IMG/VR virus record: IMGVR_UViG_3300020299_000006
Location: 1 to 29,565 of that record
Strand: one strand, 5' to 3'
Source of the DNA: a virus
Taxonomy: Duplodnaviria > Caudoviricetes
Length of the DNA: 29,565 nt
Below the pieces are notes generated by a model that had not been told where the DNA came from, did not search any database, and saw nothing but the letters and a program-made list of their open reading frames with translations. A program made the position numbers and the translations under genes. Position 1 is the stretch's first letter; every line of letters starts with the position of its first letter. Positions 1 through 8,610 of the stretch are shown here, piece by piece.

Positions 1-1128
1 CAAAAGTTCGCTAAGCATCTAGAATCACTAGATATTATAGTGCCAACCAAAAAGTCCCCACGCACAGGTGAACAGATACCAGCTTTTGGTAAAAACGATC
101 CTGCCTACATACAAATGTGCAACATGTATCCAGAACACCGTGCACTTTGGGAGGCCAGAGAGGTTGTTAAGTCACGTATTGATGAGACCAGAGCACAAAG
201 GTTCATTGATTCAACCAACCCTGATGGTACATTTAGCATACCACTGCGTTATTATGCAGCCCACACTGGGCGTTTTGGTGGCTCAGACAAAATCAACTTA
301 CAGAATCTGCCACGCGGATCTAAATTACGACACGCAATCATGGCCCCAGAAGGTCAAGCCTTGTACATTGCTGACTTATCTAATATAGAAGCACGCATGC
401 TTGCATGGCTTGCTAATCAAGAAGATTTACTTCGTGCATTTGCAGAAGGCCGTGACGTATATTCGGAGTTTGCGTCTGAGATATATGGGCGCACAATTAC
501 TAAAGAAGACAAACTAGAAAGATATGTCGGCAAAACCGCAGTCCTCGGGTTAGGTTATGGCATGGGACACCAAAGATACAAAGATACTTTAAAATCAGGT
601 TCGCCATCAGTTGATATTGGTGATCAAACAGCACAAGCCATTGTTACACAGTACAGAAGCATGTATCCAAACATACCTCAACTTTGGTCTGGTATGAAAA
701 ACCTACTTTGGGAAATGCTTACACCTAGTTCAAATGGCCTGTCTTATGGACCACTAATCGTTCGTGCACGCGGGCTTGAGCTGCCTAATAGCATGCAACT
801 TAAATATCCAAACTTAAGACATGATAAAGCAGAGTTTACTTATACTTCTAGAAACGAATACATACGCACGCACGGACCAAGACTCACTGAAAATGTAGTC
901 CAAGCACTTTCACGTATTGTTATTACTGACCAAATGTTAGACATACAAACACTACCTGAAGTTGACATAGTCATGCAAGTTCATGACGAGATTATAGCTA
1001 TAGGTTCTAATATTGATTCAGATGTTATACTAAATAAAATATTAACAATAATGAAAACACCACCTAAATGGTGTAAAGATCTACCGTTAGACGCAGAGGC
1101 AAGTATAAGTTCTATTTATGACAAATAA
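1..1128 (+). CDS. polA: Family A DNA polymerase, polymerase domain (5'-truncated by the window edge)
   Basis: Frame is open from base 1. Motifs: HTGRFGG..INLQNLP, motif A ADLSNIEAR, motif B RYVGKTAVLGLGYG, ENVVQ, motif C QVHDE. Confidence 0.96.
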   Translation, partial: QKFAKHLESLDIIVPTKKSPRTGEQIPAFGKNDPAYIQMCNMYPEHRALWEAREVVKSRIDETRAQRFIDSTNPDGTFSIPLRYYAAHTGRFGGSDKINLQNLPRGSKLRHAIMAPEGQALYIADLSNIEARMLAWLANQEDLLRAFAEGRDVYSEFASEIYGRTITKEDKLERYVGKTAVLGLGYGMGHQRYKDTLKSGSPSVDIGDQTAQAIVTQYRSMYPNIPQLWSGMKNLLWEMLTPSSNGLSYGPLIVRARGLELPNSMQLKYPNLRHDKAEFTYTSRNEYIRTHGPRLTENVVQALSRIVITDQMLDIQTLPEVDIVMQVHDEIIAIGSNIDSDVILNKILTIMKTPPKWCKDLPLDAEASISSIYDK

Positions 1129-1363
1129 AAATTTAATACTTACAAGAAAAGTAGGAGAAAAAATTGTCGTGCATGATTCAGCATCTGAGCTGGAATTATG
1201 TACGATTACTGTAACTCAAGTTTCTAACAAACAATGCAAGTTAGGGTTTGAAGCTGACCCAACTATACGCATTGATAGAGAAGAAGTATACTTAAATAAG
1301 GAGAATAAAAATGCAAACCATCTTTCTCAAAGCAAAAAAATCATTAGTAAAAGAAATAACTAA
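1118..1363 (+). CDS. csrA: CsrA/RsmA-family carbon storage regulator (RNA-binding translational regulator)
   Basis: LILTRKVGEKIVV...ITVTQVSNKQCKLGFEADPTIRIDREEV aligns with CsrA MLILTRRVGE...[28 protein letters not shown]. The Arg44-equivalent residue is retained. Confidence 0.9.
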   Translation: MTNKNLILTRKVGEKIVVHDSASELELCTITVTQVSNKQCKLGFEADPTIRIDREEVYLNKENKNANHLSQSKKIISKRNN

Positions 1364-3797
1364 AGACGGTTCAAAACCATATCCTTTAGTTAAAAACTTT
1401 ACATCGGAAACTCACGATATATCTATTGATAAAAAAGGTTTTAATAAATTATTTCGTGTAATTACGGCAGCAGCAGATCAGGGTGCTTGTATGCACAAAG
1501 GGCCCTTAAAACGTGCACTCACAGATGAGCCCCGGGCTTTTATGTCCGACCGTTCTGCAAAAACAGAACTATTAATACTAGATATAGATGGACTACGTGC
1601 AACTCCAGGTGATGACTTACAAGCAATGGCGGATAAAATCGTGTTGCAGTTACCTGATATCTTTCACAACGTATCTTACATAGTGCAAGCTAGTGCATCT
1701 TTAGGTATTAAAAAAGATCAAATATCATTACATTTATTCTTTCTCATGGACATGCCTGTTCACCCAAAAACTCTAAAAGATTATCTTCGTATGTTAAATT
1801 ATGAATGTGATTTTTTAGCTGAACAAATTACTTTGTCTGCTAATGGTCAAAGTCTTTCGTACATACTTGACCCTTCAGTCGCAGACAACAGTAAGTTAAT
1901 TTATATTGCACCGCCAAAGTTTACTGGCGTGCAAGATCCTTATCCTAACGGCAGATTTATTAAAATTGACCGTGGGTCACCAACCCTGGAGATCTCCTCG
2001 TCTTTAATAGGTGTGAATCCTGAAAAGGTTCATACTCTTGGTTTGCAGATTAAAGATAATCTTAGAAAGAAAAACAGTCTACCTAAGAAAACAGGGAAGG
2101 TGACCACCGTCAATGTTGCTGGTGAATCACACGAAGTTTTACAAAACCCAGACAAGATGACCATACAAATCTCTCGTGTGTCCGAACCTTATGTTAACTG
2201 CAATGTAAATGGAGGCGACAGTGGAGCATACTTTTTTGTGTTAACTAACCCACATTACATGTATAACTTCAAAGGCGAACCTATTTGGGAGATAGAAAAA
2301 GCAGATCCTGACTTTTATAAAAGTATTTTTGATATTTTTGCAGATAAATTAAATGCAGAAACAAAAAATAAACCAATAGTGTTACGTGATTTTTACACTG
2401 ACACTTATTATAACGGAGTATATGATGAAACCAAACAACAGTTTAGCGATGAGTACCCACTCACGCCCACGAATAAAGCGTCCACTACTGACTTTCTTAA
2501 GTCTCATGGTCGCCCTACCATGGATTATATTCCAGATGCTCGTGTCATATTTGATCCTAGCAGTGATGAAGGTATTAACCTTGATGACATACCTCACTCG
2601 GTAAATCTGTATCGTCGCACTGAATACATGTTAAAAGCAGAAGAAAATGTAAAAGAACTTTCTTATGGTGAAGCTATACAAATACAAAAAATAGCACCAA
2701 ACTTTTACAAATTACTAATGCATGCACTTGGTAACGGTAAACCAGAGTTTGAACACTTTGTAAATTGGTTAGCTTATATATACCAAAACAAACGCAAAAC
2801 TATGACAGCGTGGATATTTACGGGTGTTCCAGGCACTGGTAAAGGTTTGTTCGTGCACAAAGTCCTTAAGCGCCTCTTTGGCGAAGCACAAACTCCAATG
2901 CGAGCTTTAGAAAATATAGAAGAACAGTTTAATCTTTATATGAGAACTGCACTATTTCTTGTAGTAGATGAGTTTCGTATGGCAGATTCAGGTTCTGTAG
3001 GTAAAATGGCTGACAAGTTAAAACACCAAATAACAGAACCCAACCTTACTATTCGTGCGATGCGAACTAATCAGGTGGAACTGCCGTCTTTTACAAACTT
3101 TATATTTCTAACTAACAGAGCAGATGCTGTCAAGATAGAAGACTCAGATAGACGTTACAATGTAGCTCCACGCCAAGAAAACAAACTAGAAGTCGTGTAC
3201 CCAGAGCTTCTGGAAAATTTGTCCGTATTAGAAAAAGAACTATATGTCGTGGCCGGTGTACTGCAACGCTTTCAAGTTGATGCACGAATGGCTCATACTG
3301 CGCTAGAAAACGATGCTAAGAAAGAAATGAAAGAAGTATCTATGTCAGTCATCGAAGAAGCTGCCCATGCAATACGCACACGAAATTTAGAATATTTTAC
3401 AGATGTATTAGATATTCCGCTTACAAACACCTTTGACGCCGGCGGGATTAGCACGGCACAAAGATACGTTAAAGATTGGATTGCAACCATGGGAGAAGAA
3501 ACAGTTATACCACTTGCACATTTTAAAGTTGTGTACGATGCACTCACCGACAGTCGTAACACTTTATCTCAAAGAGAGTTTTCTAAACGTATGTCAAGAT
3601 TAAATATCAAAACAGCACGTAAACGTATAAGCAAAGATCGTGCAGCCGGAATCCCCCGAGGGGTTGTTTTGACATGGAAATTAGACAATAATGTTCGTGA
3701 ACAACTAATTAAGGAACATTTTGACGAAAGGGATTTGCAACTCTTAAATGGAGAATCTAACTCAACCCAATCGTCCAGACCTAATCTCAACGGTTGA
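1311..3797 (+). CDS. Primase/prim-pol fused to SF3 helicase (NrS-1/D5-like)
   Basis: N-terminal ILDIDG and SLHLFF resemble AEP DxD and H motifs. C-terminal Walker A GVPGTGKG, Walker B LVVDE, FIFLTN and DSDRRY. SD AAGGAG upstream. Confidence 0.85.
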   Translation: MQTIFLKAKKSLVKEITKDGSKPYPLVKNFTSETHDISIDKKGFNKLFRVITAAADQGACMHKGPLKRALTDEPRAFMSDRSAKTELLILDIDGLRATPGDDLQAMADKIVLQLPDIFHNVSYIVQASASLGIKKDQISLHLFFLMDMPVHPKTLKDYLRMLNYECDFLAEQITLSANGQSLSYILDPSVADNSKLIYIAPPKFTGVQDPYPNGRFIKIDRGSPTLEISSSLIGVNPEKVHTLGLQIKDNLRKKNSLPKKTGKVTTVNVAGESHEVLQNPDKMTIQISRVSEPYVNCNVNGGDSGAYFFVLTNPHYMYNFKGEPIWEIEKADPDFYKSIFDIFADKLNAETKNKPIVLRDFYTDTYYNGVYDETKQQFSDEYPLTPTNKASTTDFLKSHGRPTMDYIPDARVIFDPSSDEGINLDDIPHSVNLYRRTEYMLKAEENVKELSYGEAIQIQKIAPNFYKLLMHALGNGKPEFEHFVNWLAYIYQNKRKTMTAWIFTGVPGTGKGLFVHKVLKRLFGEAQTPMRALENIEEQFNLYMRTALFLVVDEFRMADSGSVGKMADKLKHQITEPNLTIRAMRTNQVELPSFTNFIFLTNRADAVKIEDSDRRYNVAPRQENKLEVVYPELLENLSVLEKELYVVAGVLQRFQVDARMAHTALENDAKKEMKEVSMSVIEEAAHAIRTRNLEYFTDVLDIPLTNTFDAGGISTAQRYVKDWIATMGEETVIPLAHFKVVYDALTDSRNTLSQREFSKRMSRLNIKTARKRISKDRAAGIPRGVVLTWKLDNNVREQLIKEHFDERDLQLLNGESNSTQSSRPNLNG

Positions 3798-4503
3798 GGT
3801 CACGGAGGATCTAGAACTGGGAGATATTCCAGCTTGGAGTTACTCGGCTTTAAAAACCTTTGAAGCTTGCGCTTATAGATCTTACATTGCCAAAGTAAAA
3901 CGAATACAAGAAGACTTCGGTCCTGCTGCGGCCCGGGGCACTGCAATACACGAACAAGCAGAAAATTACGTACAAGGTAAGCTCCCTGAGCTACCTGACA
4001 CACTTAAAAAGTTTACATCACAATTTGAACGCTTACGCGAGTTATTTATTGATGCAAAAGTAGAACTTGAAGGTGATTGGGGGTTTACACGAGCATGGGA
4101 AACATGCGATTGGATGGCCCCTGATGTCTGGGCGCGTATAAAATTAGACGCTTTTGTGCATCAGGATGACACTTCTGCACGAGTTATTGATTACAAAACA
4201 GGTAAACAAATAGGTAATGAAATTGCACATAGCCAGCAAGCTCTTATATATGCGATAGGTAGTTTTTTTAGATACCCATTACTAGAATTTGTTAAAACAG
4301 AAATCTGGTATTTAGATCACGGTACAACTTTAGAACAAACCTATACGCGAGACGAAGCTATGATATTTATGCCAAAGTTACATGAGCGAGCTATTAATAT
4401 GACTACAGCTGTAGAGTTTCCTCCAAACCCCTCTACATACAACTGTAAATGGTGTACTTATGGCAAAGGTTTAGATCCCCATTGTCAATGGGCTATAACC
4501 TGA
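3748..4503 (+). CDS. PD-(D/E)xK exonuclease, Cas4/RecB-like, probable Fe-S cluster
   Basis: WSYSAL..FEAC, RGTAIH, KLD...IDYKTGK, Q..IY and C-terminal CKWC...C (1+3 Cys arrangement). Confidence 0.88.
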   Translation: MENLTQPNRPDLISTVEVTEDLELGDIPAWSYSALKTFEACAYRSYIAKVKRIQEDFGPAAARGTAIHEQAENYVQGKLPELPDTLKKFTSQFERLRELFIDAKVELEGDWGFTRAWETCDWMAPDVWARIKLDAFVHQDDTSARVIDYKTGKQIGNEIAHSQQALIYAIGSFFRYPLLEFVKTEIWYLDHGTTLEQTYTRDEAMIFMPKLHERAINMTTAVEFPPNPSTYNCKWCTYGKGLDPHCQWAIT

Positions 4504-4509
4504 TATAAT
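4482..4509 (+). promoter_or_regulatory. Sigma70-type promoter upstream of the SNF2 helicase
   Basis: TTGTCA (4482-4487), 16-nt spacer, TATAAT (4504-4509), with an extended -10 TG at 4501-4502. Confidence 0.7.
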
Positions 4510-4568
4510 GAACTAAATAAAGTATTTAACCAACTAACACCAAATACTTTAACAACGAGGAATGAAAC

Positions 4569-5909
4569 ATGAACGATATACCTGAGCCTTATGCTCATCA
4601 AACTGAAACTACAAATTTCATTGTAGAAAACCCAAAGTGTATGATTACGTCTGATCCAGGCACTGGTAAGACACGGGCCGTACTTGACGCGCATGCAGCG
4701 CTCGGCGGACGTACACTAGTCATAGCGCCTCTTTCTATATTAGAAGCAGCTTGGGCTGAAGACATTAATAAGTTCCAACCTACTATTAAATATGGCGTTG
4801 CTTATGCTAAAAACCGAGAAAAAATATTTAAACAAACTGATTTAGATATAGTTATCACTAACTTTGAGGCTGTAAACTTTTTACGTAAAAACACTCAATA
4901 CTGTAAACAGTTCAATACTATTGTTATTGATGAGTTTACTGCTTTCAAAAATCGCACAGCTAAACGTAGTAAAAACATCAAAGATATTATTCATCATTTT
5001 CCAAATAGAGTTGCTATGTCTGGCACTCCTAACAGCAATACAATCTTAGACATTTGGCACCCTGCTTATCTAATAGATGACGGCGAACGATTGGGTGGCC
5101 GATTTTATGCATTTCGTAATCAGGTATGTACACCACGATTCAATGGTTTTGCCAATGAATGGATAGATAAACCTGGTATAGAAGAAACAGTAGCAGATAG
5201 ACTTTCTGATATATCTATTCGTTTTGCATTGTCCGATTGTATAGATCTACCTGACAACATAACACGAACTGTCAATACAAAACTTACACCTACTGTACAG
5301 CGTATGTACGACACACTAGCTAAAGAATCTGTGTTGTATACAAAATCAGGCACAGTCAATGCAATACACGCAGGTTCTCGTGTCAAGAAGCTACTCCAAC
5401 TAGTTACAGGCGCAGTATACGATGATGAAAGTCTTGTACAATTTGTCCATCAAGAACGTTACGACATTGTAATAACGCTAATATCTCAACGTGCGCACTC
5501 ACTTGTAGCATTCAACTGGCGACACGAAAGAGACGCTTTGATTACCTTAGCAGAAAAAGAAGGTATATCGTACGAAGTTATTGATGGGACTGTACCAGCT
5601 GAACGCAGAAAAGATATCGTGCAAAGATTCCAGGCCGGTCAGATACGTACGTTATTTTGCCACCCTCAGTCAGCGTCTCATGGGTTGACTCTTACTAAAG
5701 CTAATACAGTTATATGGTGTTCACCTACTTACAATGCAGAACATTTCCAACAGTTTAATCAACGCATACACAGGGCTGGCCAGACACAAAAGACTGAAAC
5801 TATTCTTATACAAGCCAAAAAAACTTGGGAGCCTGAAGTGTATAAGAAGCTAAACACTAAACTCGGGCGAATGGAAAATTTATTACACATACTCAAGGAG
5901 GTATCATGA
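4569..5909 (+). CDS. SNF2-family (SF2) helicase
   Basis: DPGTGKT, IVIDEF, MSGTP, SASHGLTL, QFNQRIHRAGQ. Confidence 0.93.
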   Translation: MNDIPEPYAHQTETTNFIVENPKCMITSDPGTGKTRAVLDAHAALGGRTLVIAPLSILEAAWAEDINKFQPTIKYGVAYAKNREKIFKQTDLDIVITNFEAVNFLRKNTQYCKQFNTIVIDEFTAFKNRTAKRSKNIKDIIHHFPNRVAMSGTPNSNTILDIWHPAYLIDDGERLGGRFYAFRNQVCTPRFNGFANEWIDKPGIEETVADRLSDISIRFALSDCIDLPDNITRTVNTKLTPTVQRMYDTLAKESVLYTKSGTVNAIHAGSRVKKLLQLVTGAVYDDESLVQFVHQERYDIVITLISQRAHSLVAFNWRHERDALITLAEKEGISYEVIDGTVPAERRKDIVQRFQAGQIRTLFCHPQSASHGLTLTKANTVIWCSPTYNAEHFQQFNQRIHRAGQTQKTETILIQAKKTWEPEVYKKLNTKLGRMENLLHILKEVS

Positions 5910-6274
5910 AAAAATTAAATGATTTATTAGCCGAATACGGCACATTGCGTGACGGTATTAGAGAACTACAAGCGCAAGAAAAAGAGTTAAACGCTTCTAA
6001 ACGAGAACTAGAAGCACAAATTTCTATTAGAATGCAAGAGCAAGGACTCGACAAAATTTCTAATGGAGGCCAAACAATATCGTTGAAAAACGAAATTGTT
6101 CCTACTGTAGAAGATTGGGATCTACTGCAAACGCACGTAGCTGAAACTAGACAGTTTGAGTTAATGCATAAGCGTGTCTCAGCTACTGCTTATAGGGAAG
6201 CTATTGCAGCAGGTATAGACATACCTGGTGTCAAAAGCACAGAGTTGACTCGTATTAACTACAGGTCAACATAA
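5906..6274 (+). CDS. Phage replication-module protein with N-terminal coiled coil
   Basis: ATGA overlap with the helicase, strong SD AAGGAGGT, and a V.DWD...IPGV C-terminus seen in small phage replication proteins. Confidence 0.7.
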   Translation: MKKLNDLLAEYGTLRDGIRELQAQEKELNASKRELEAQISIRMQEQGLDKISNGGQTISLKNEIVPTVEDWDLLQTHVAETRQFELMHKRVSATAYREAIAAGIDIPGVKSTELTRINYRST

Positions 6275-6307
6275 TATTAATATCGATGAAATAAGGAGAA
6301 AATAACC

Positions 6308-6985
6308 ATGACCGATATAAGTATAGTAACGAGCAAAGTACCAGCTCACGTTCAAAATGGTACACGACTAGGTAATGAGAATGTTACATCTGACCATCTC
6401 TCAGTACCACGAGTGAAGCAACTTCAAAAGATGTCTAATGAAGTTGATAAAAACCATAGTGATTATATGGATGAAGCCGAAGTCGGCGATTTCATTAACA
6501 CTGTGACTGGCGAAAACTATGGCCAAGAAGTATACGTTGTAAACGTACACTTTAAGGAAGAGTTCGTGCTATGGGTGAAAAGAGATAAAGGTGGTGGACT
6601 AGTTGGTAGCTTTGCATCCAACTCAGACGCTGTTGAATATCTTGAAGCTGAAGGTAAGAAAGTAGAAGATCATGAGATAATCCAAACTCAAACTCATACT
6701 CTATTAAGAGTTGATGAAAAGACTGGTGACATCTCAGATATACCTTTCTTGTTTGATTGCGCGTCATCTAAGCTAAGAGTATCCAGAGAATGGAACACAC
6801 AAATAGCTAAATTTGGTGGCGACCGTTTTTCATCTTTATGGAAAATGGCATCTGTATCTACATCTAACAGAAAAGGTCAAGCTTTTATGAACATAGAAGT
6901 CAACCGTGTAGACTGGCTAAAAGACGAAGCGTATCAAAACGTAAAAGCTTTTTACGAATCATCTTTTGGTAACAAAGCTAGTTAA
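6308..6985 (+). CDS. Putative single-stranded DNA-binding protein
   Basis: SD AAGGAG. Beta-rich 225-aa protein (VPRVKQLQKMS.EV) located in the replication module. Function is inferred from context. Confidence 0.55.
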   Translation: MTDISIVTSKVPAHVQNGTRLGNENVTSDHLSVPRVKQLQKMSNEVDKNHSDYMDEAEVGDFINTVTGENYGQEVYVVNVHFKEEFVLWVKRDKGGGLVGSFASNSDAVEYLEAEGKKVEDHEIIQTQTHTLLRVDEKTGDISDIPFLFDCASSKLRVSREWNTQIAKFGGDRFSSLWKMASVSTSNRKGQAFMNIEVNRVDWLKDEAYQNVKAFYESSFGNKAS

Positions 6986-6998
6986 AGCTTTTCGTGCA

Positions 6999-7032
6999 GT
7001 TGGGCTGCGACAGTTAGTGTCGCATGCCCGAC
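6999..7032. other. GC-rich intergenic stem-loop
   Basis: GTTGGGC-TGCGACA [GTTAG] TGTCGCA-T-GCCCGAC forms a 14-bp stem with one bulge and one G-U pair. No U-tract follows. Confidence 0.7.
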
Positions 7033-7034
7033 CG

Positions 7035-7043
7035 TGCTATACT
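7035..7043 (+). promoter_or_regulatory. Extended -10 promoter candidate (leaderless transcript)
   Basis: TGCTATACT lies 6 nt upstream of GTG at 7050, which has no SD. Confidence 0.5.
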
Positions 7044-7049
7044 CCTTGG

Positions 7050-7451
7050 GTGCAAGAAAAGGATTTCATCACTAAAGTTCATAAACATCTACCCAAGTAT
7101 ATTAATGCCTGGAAAATAAACGACCCTTACCACGGCGGCGTGCCAGACGCTTTCTATTCTGGTAAATATCAACATTGTTTTATTGAGTACAAATACATTA
7201 AAAAATTGCCTAAAAAAGAAAACTCCAAAATACTTATTAATTTATCTGAACAACAACGTGTATGCCTGCAAAAACATCTAGACCACAACATAAATGCATT
7301 TGTAGTTGTAGGCTCTAAAGATTTAATTTACACCACACAAGATTTTTTTCAAAAAGAAATTACACTAAAAGAATTTATTAATAAAAGTATATCTTTTAAG
7401 TTATATATAAATCACTTAACAAGCTTTTGTTTAGGAGGAGCAAAATTATGA
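7050..7451 (+). CDS. VRR-NUC / Holliday junction resolvase-like nuclease
   Basis: E..F...V, GVPD....FIEYK, LSEQQ. The family-like sequence begins at GTG 7050 rather than the ORF-track start at 6966. Confidence 0.8.
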   Translation: MQEKDFITKVHKHLPKYINAWKINDPYHGGVPDAFYSGKYQHCFIEYKYIKKLPKKENSKILINLSEQQRVCLQKHLDHNINAFVVVGSKDLIYTTQDFFQKEITLKEFINKSISFKLYINHLTSFCLGGAKL

Positions 7452-7711
7452 CTGATTACGTAAACTCACCACCACATTACAACAGTGGAAATATAGAATG
7501 CATAGATGCAATAGAAGAAAGCATGACACCGGAGGCCTTCAAAGGATACCTAAAAGGCAACATTCAAAAGTATATGTGGCGTTATGAGAACAAAAAAGGT
7601 CTTCAAGACGTGCTAAAAGCACAATGGTACCTAAATAGACTAGTTAAAACGCTTAAAAAACACGAAACCCTCGAGGACGCACGGACAAGCTCACCAAGCA
7701 CTTTTGCATAG
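7448..7711 (+). CDS. DUF3310 protein (SaV/T7 gp1.7-like)
   Basis: VNSPPHY..G.IECIDAIE...GYLKGNIQKYMWRY..K.GLQDVLKAQWYL. SD AGGAGGAG precedes ATG 7448. Confidence 0.9.
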   Translation: MTDYVNSPPHYNSGNIECIDAIEESMTPEAFKGYLKGNIQKYMWRYENKKGLQDVLKAQWYLNRLVKTLKKHETLEDARTSSPSTFA

Positions 7712-7769
7712 TTTTGGATTAATACCCTTAACCATGCCAACAAAATGCAACAGCGTTAAGCGTGTGAGG

Positions 7770-8015
7770 TCATTTTTTCCCAGCTTGGCGATTTCGGGCG
7801 AAAGAACGGTTTTTTGATCTACTTTGCACTACTAAGTTGCTTTTATTAAAATTCATAGGGTTTCCGTCTCTATGATGAACGTCAGTTCGATCTCCTTTTC
7901 TAACTCTACCTTCTTTTATTAATTGCCTTCTTACTTTATTTCTCATAGCACGACGTTTCTTTTGTTCTGTAGTACCTTGGTAGTTTTGATATTCTTTTTT
8001 ATAGTTACGTGGCAT
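7770..8015 (-). CDS. Small HNH endonuclease
   Basis: MPRNYKKEY...DVHHRDGNPMN...NL......NRS. Start reassigned to ATG 8015. Confidence 0.85.
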   Translation of the reverse strand: MPRNYKKEYQNYQGTTEQKKRRAMRNKVRRQLIKEGRVRKGDRTDVHHRDGNPMNFNKSNLVVQSRSKNRSFARNRQAGKK

Positions 8016-8016
8016 T

Positions 8017-8085
8017 TTATGGATCTGGAATATTGAAACCAATCAATAGCAAACAACCTAATATGAACAGGGCAATGTCTATCAT
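8017..8085 (-). CDS. 22-aa hydrophobic microprotein (not in ORF track)
   Basis: MIDIALFILGCLLLIGFNIPDP. Its ATG directly follows the upstream stop and its TAA sits 1 nt before the HNH ATG. Confidence 0.5.
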   Translation of the reverse strand: MIDIALFILGCLLLIGFNIPDP

Positions 8086-8289
8086 TTAAGAATTATCCAT
8101 ACACCAATGCCAAGCGTCATTATCCTCATACAAGAATGCCTGGCATCTTTTGTATTGTTCTCTCCATGCATCAGAGTCAAACTTGTCATTCCACTCCAAA
8201 CTGGAGTTTTCTGCTATAGGTATAAATTTAGATGGCGTTGAACAACTTATTACAAATATACTAACCAGCAAGAGGATTCTTGTTGTCAT
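8086..8289 (-). CDS. Small lipoprotein
   Basis: Signal peptide with lipobox (ILLLVSIFVISC) and two further Cys residues. Confidence 0.75.
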   Translation of the reverse strand: MTTRILLLVSIFVISCSTPSKFIPIAENSSLEWNDKFDSDAWREQYKRCQAFLYEDNDAWHWCMDNS

Positions 8290-8608
8290 CTTTAATTTCC
8301 TCTATTTGTTTATCTAGGCTTTCTAAATCAGCTTTAATGGTAGCTATATCTGTTTTAATTTCTGTGACATCAGGTACATCTATGCTATCAACTGCTTTTT
8401 CTAAAAACTGCACAGATGTTTCTATAGATGCAAAACGTTCTTCGATAACTTGTACATTATCTTCGGCTTCGCTTATGCCGCCAATTTTAGCTTCTAAGTT
8501 TGTTATACGGTTAACATAGGTAGCCCCTGTGTAACCAAACCCTGCAAGAGTTGAAACAATACCCACTAAAGCTATTACTTGTGTTGTTTTACTTTGTAAC
8601 CAATCCAT
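8261..8608 (-). CDS. Membrane-anchored coiled-coil protein
   Basis: TM segment VIALVGIVSTLAGFGY followed by heptad repeats. SD GGAGG precedes ATG 8608. Confidence 0.8.
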   Translation of the reverse strand: MDWLQSKTTQVIALVGIVSTLAGFGYTGATYVNRITNLEAKIGGISEAEDNVQVIEERFASIETSVQFLEKAVDSIDVPDVTEIKTDIATIKADLESLDKQIEEIKDDNKNPLAG

Positions 8609-8610
8609 GT

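Noticed and set aside
6999-7032. Rho-independent terminator or tRNA fragment
   Set aside because: No U-tract directly after the stem on either strand, and no cloverleaf or TpsiC motif.
6966-7049. ORF-track N-terminal extension of the VRR-NUC gene
   Set aside because: It runs through the hairpin and promoter candidate, and family-like sequence starts at 7050.
7712-7769. dif-like or att integration site at the convergence point
   Set aside because: No match to the XerC/XerD dif consensus, and no integrase in the window.
8016-8042. ORF-track N-terminal extension of the HNH gene
   Set aside because: MPRNYKKEY at 8015 is the more plausible start, and the interval is occupied by the 22-aa ORF.
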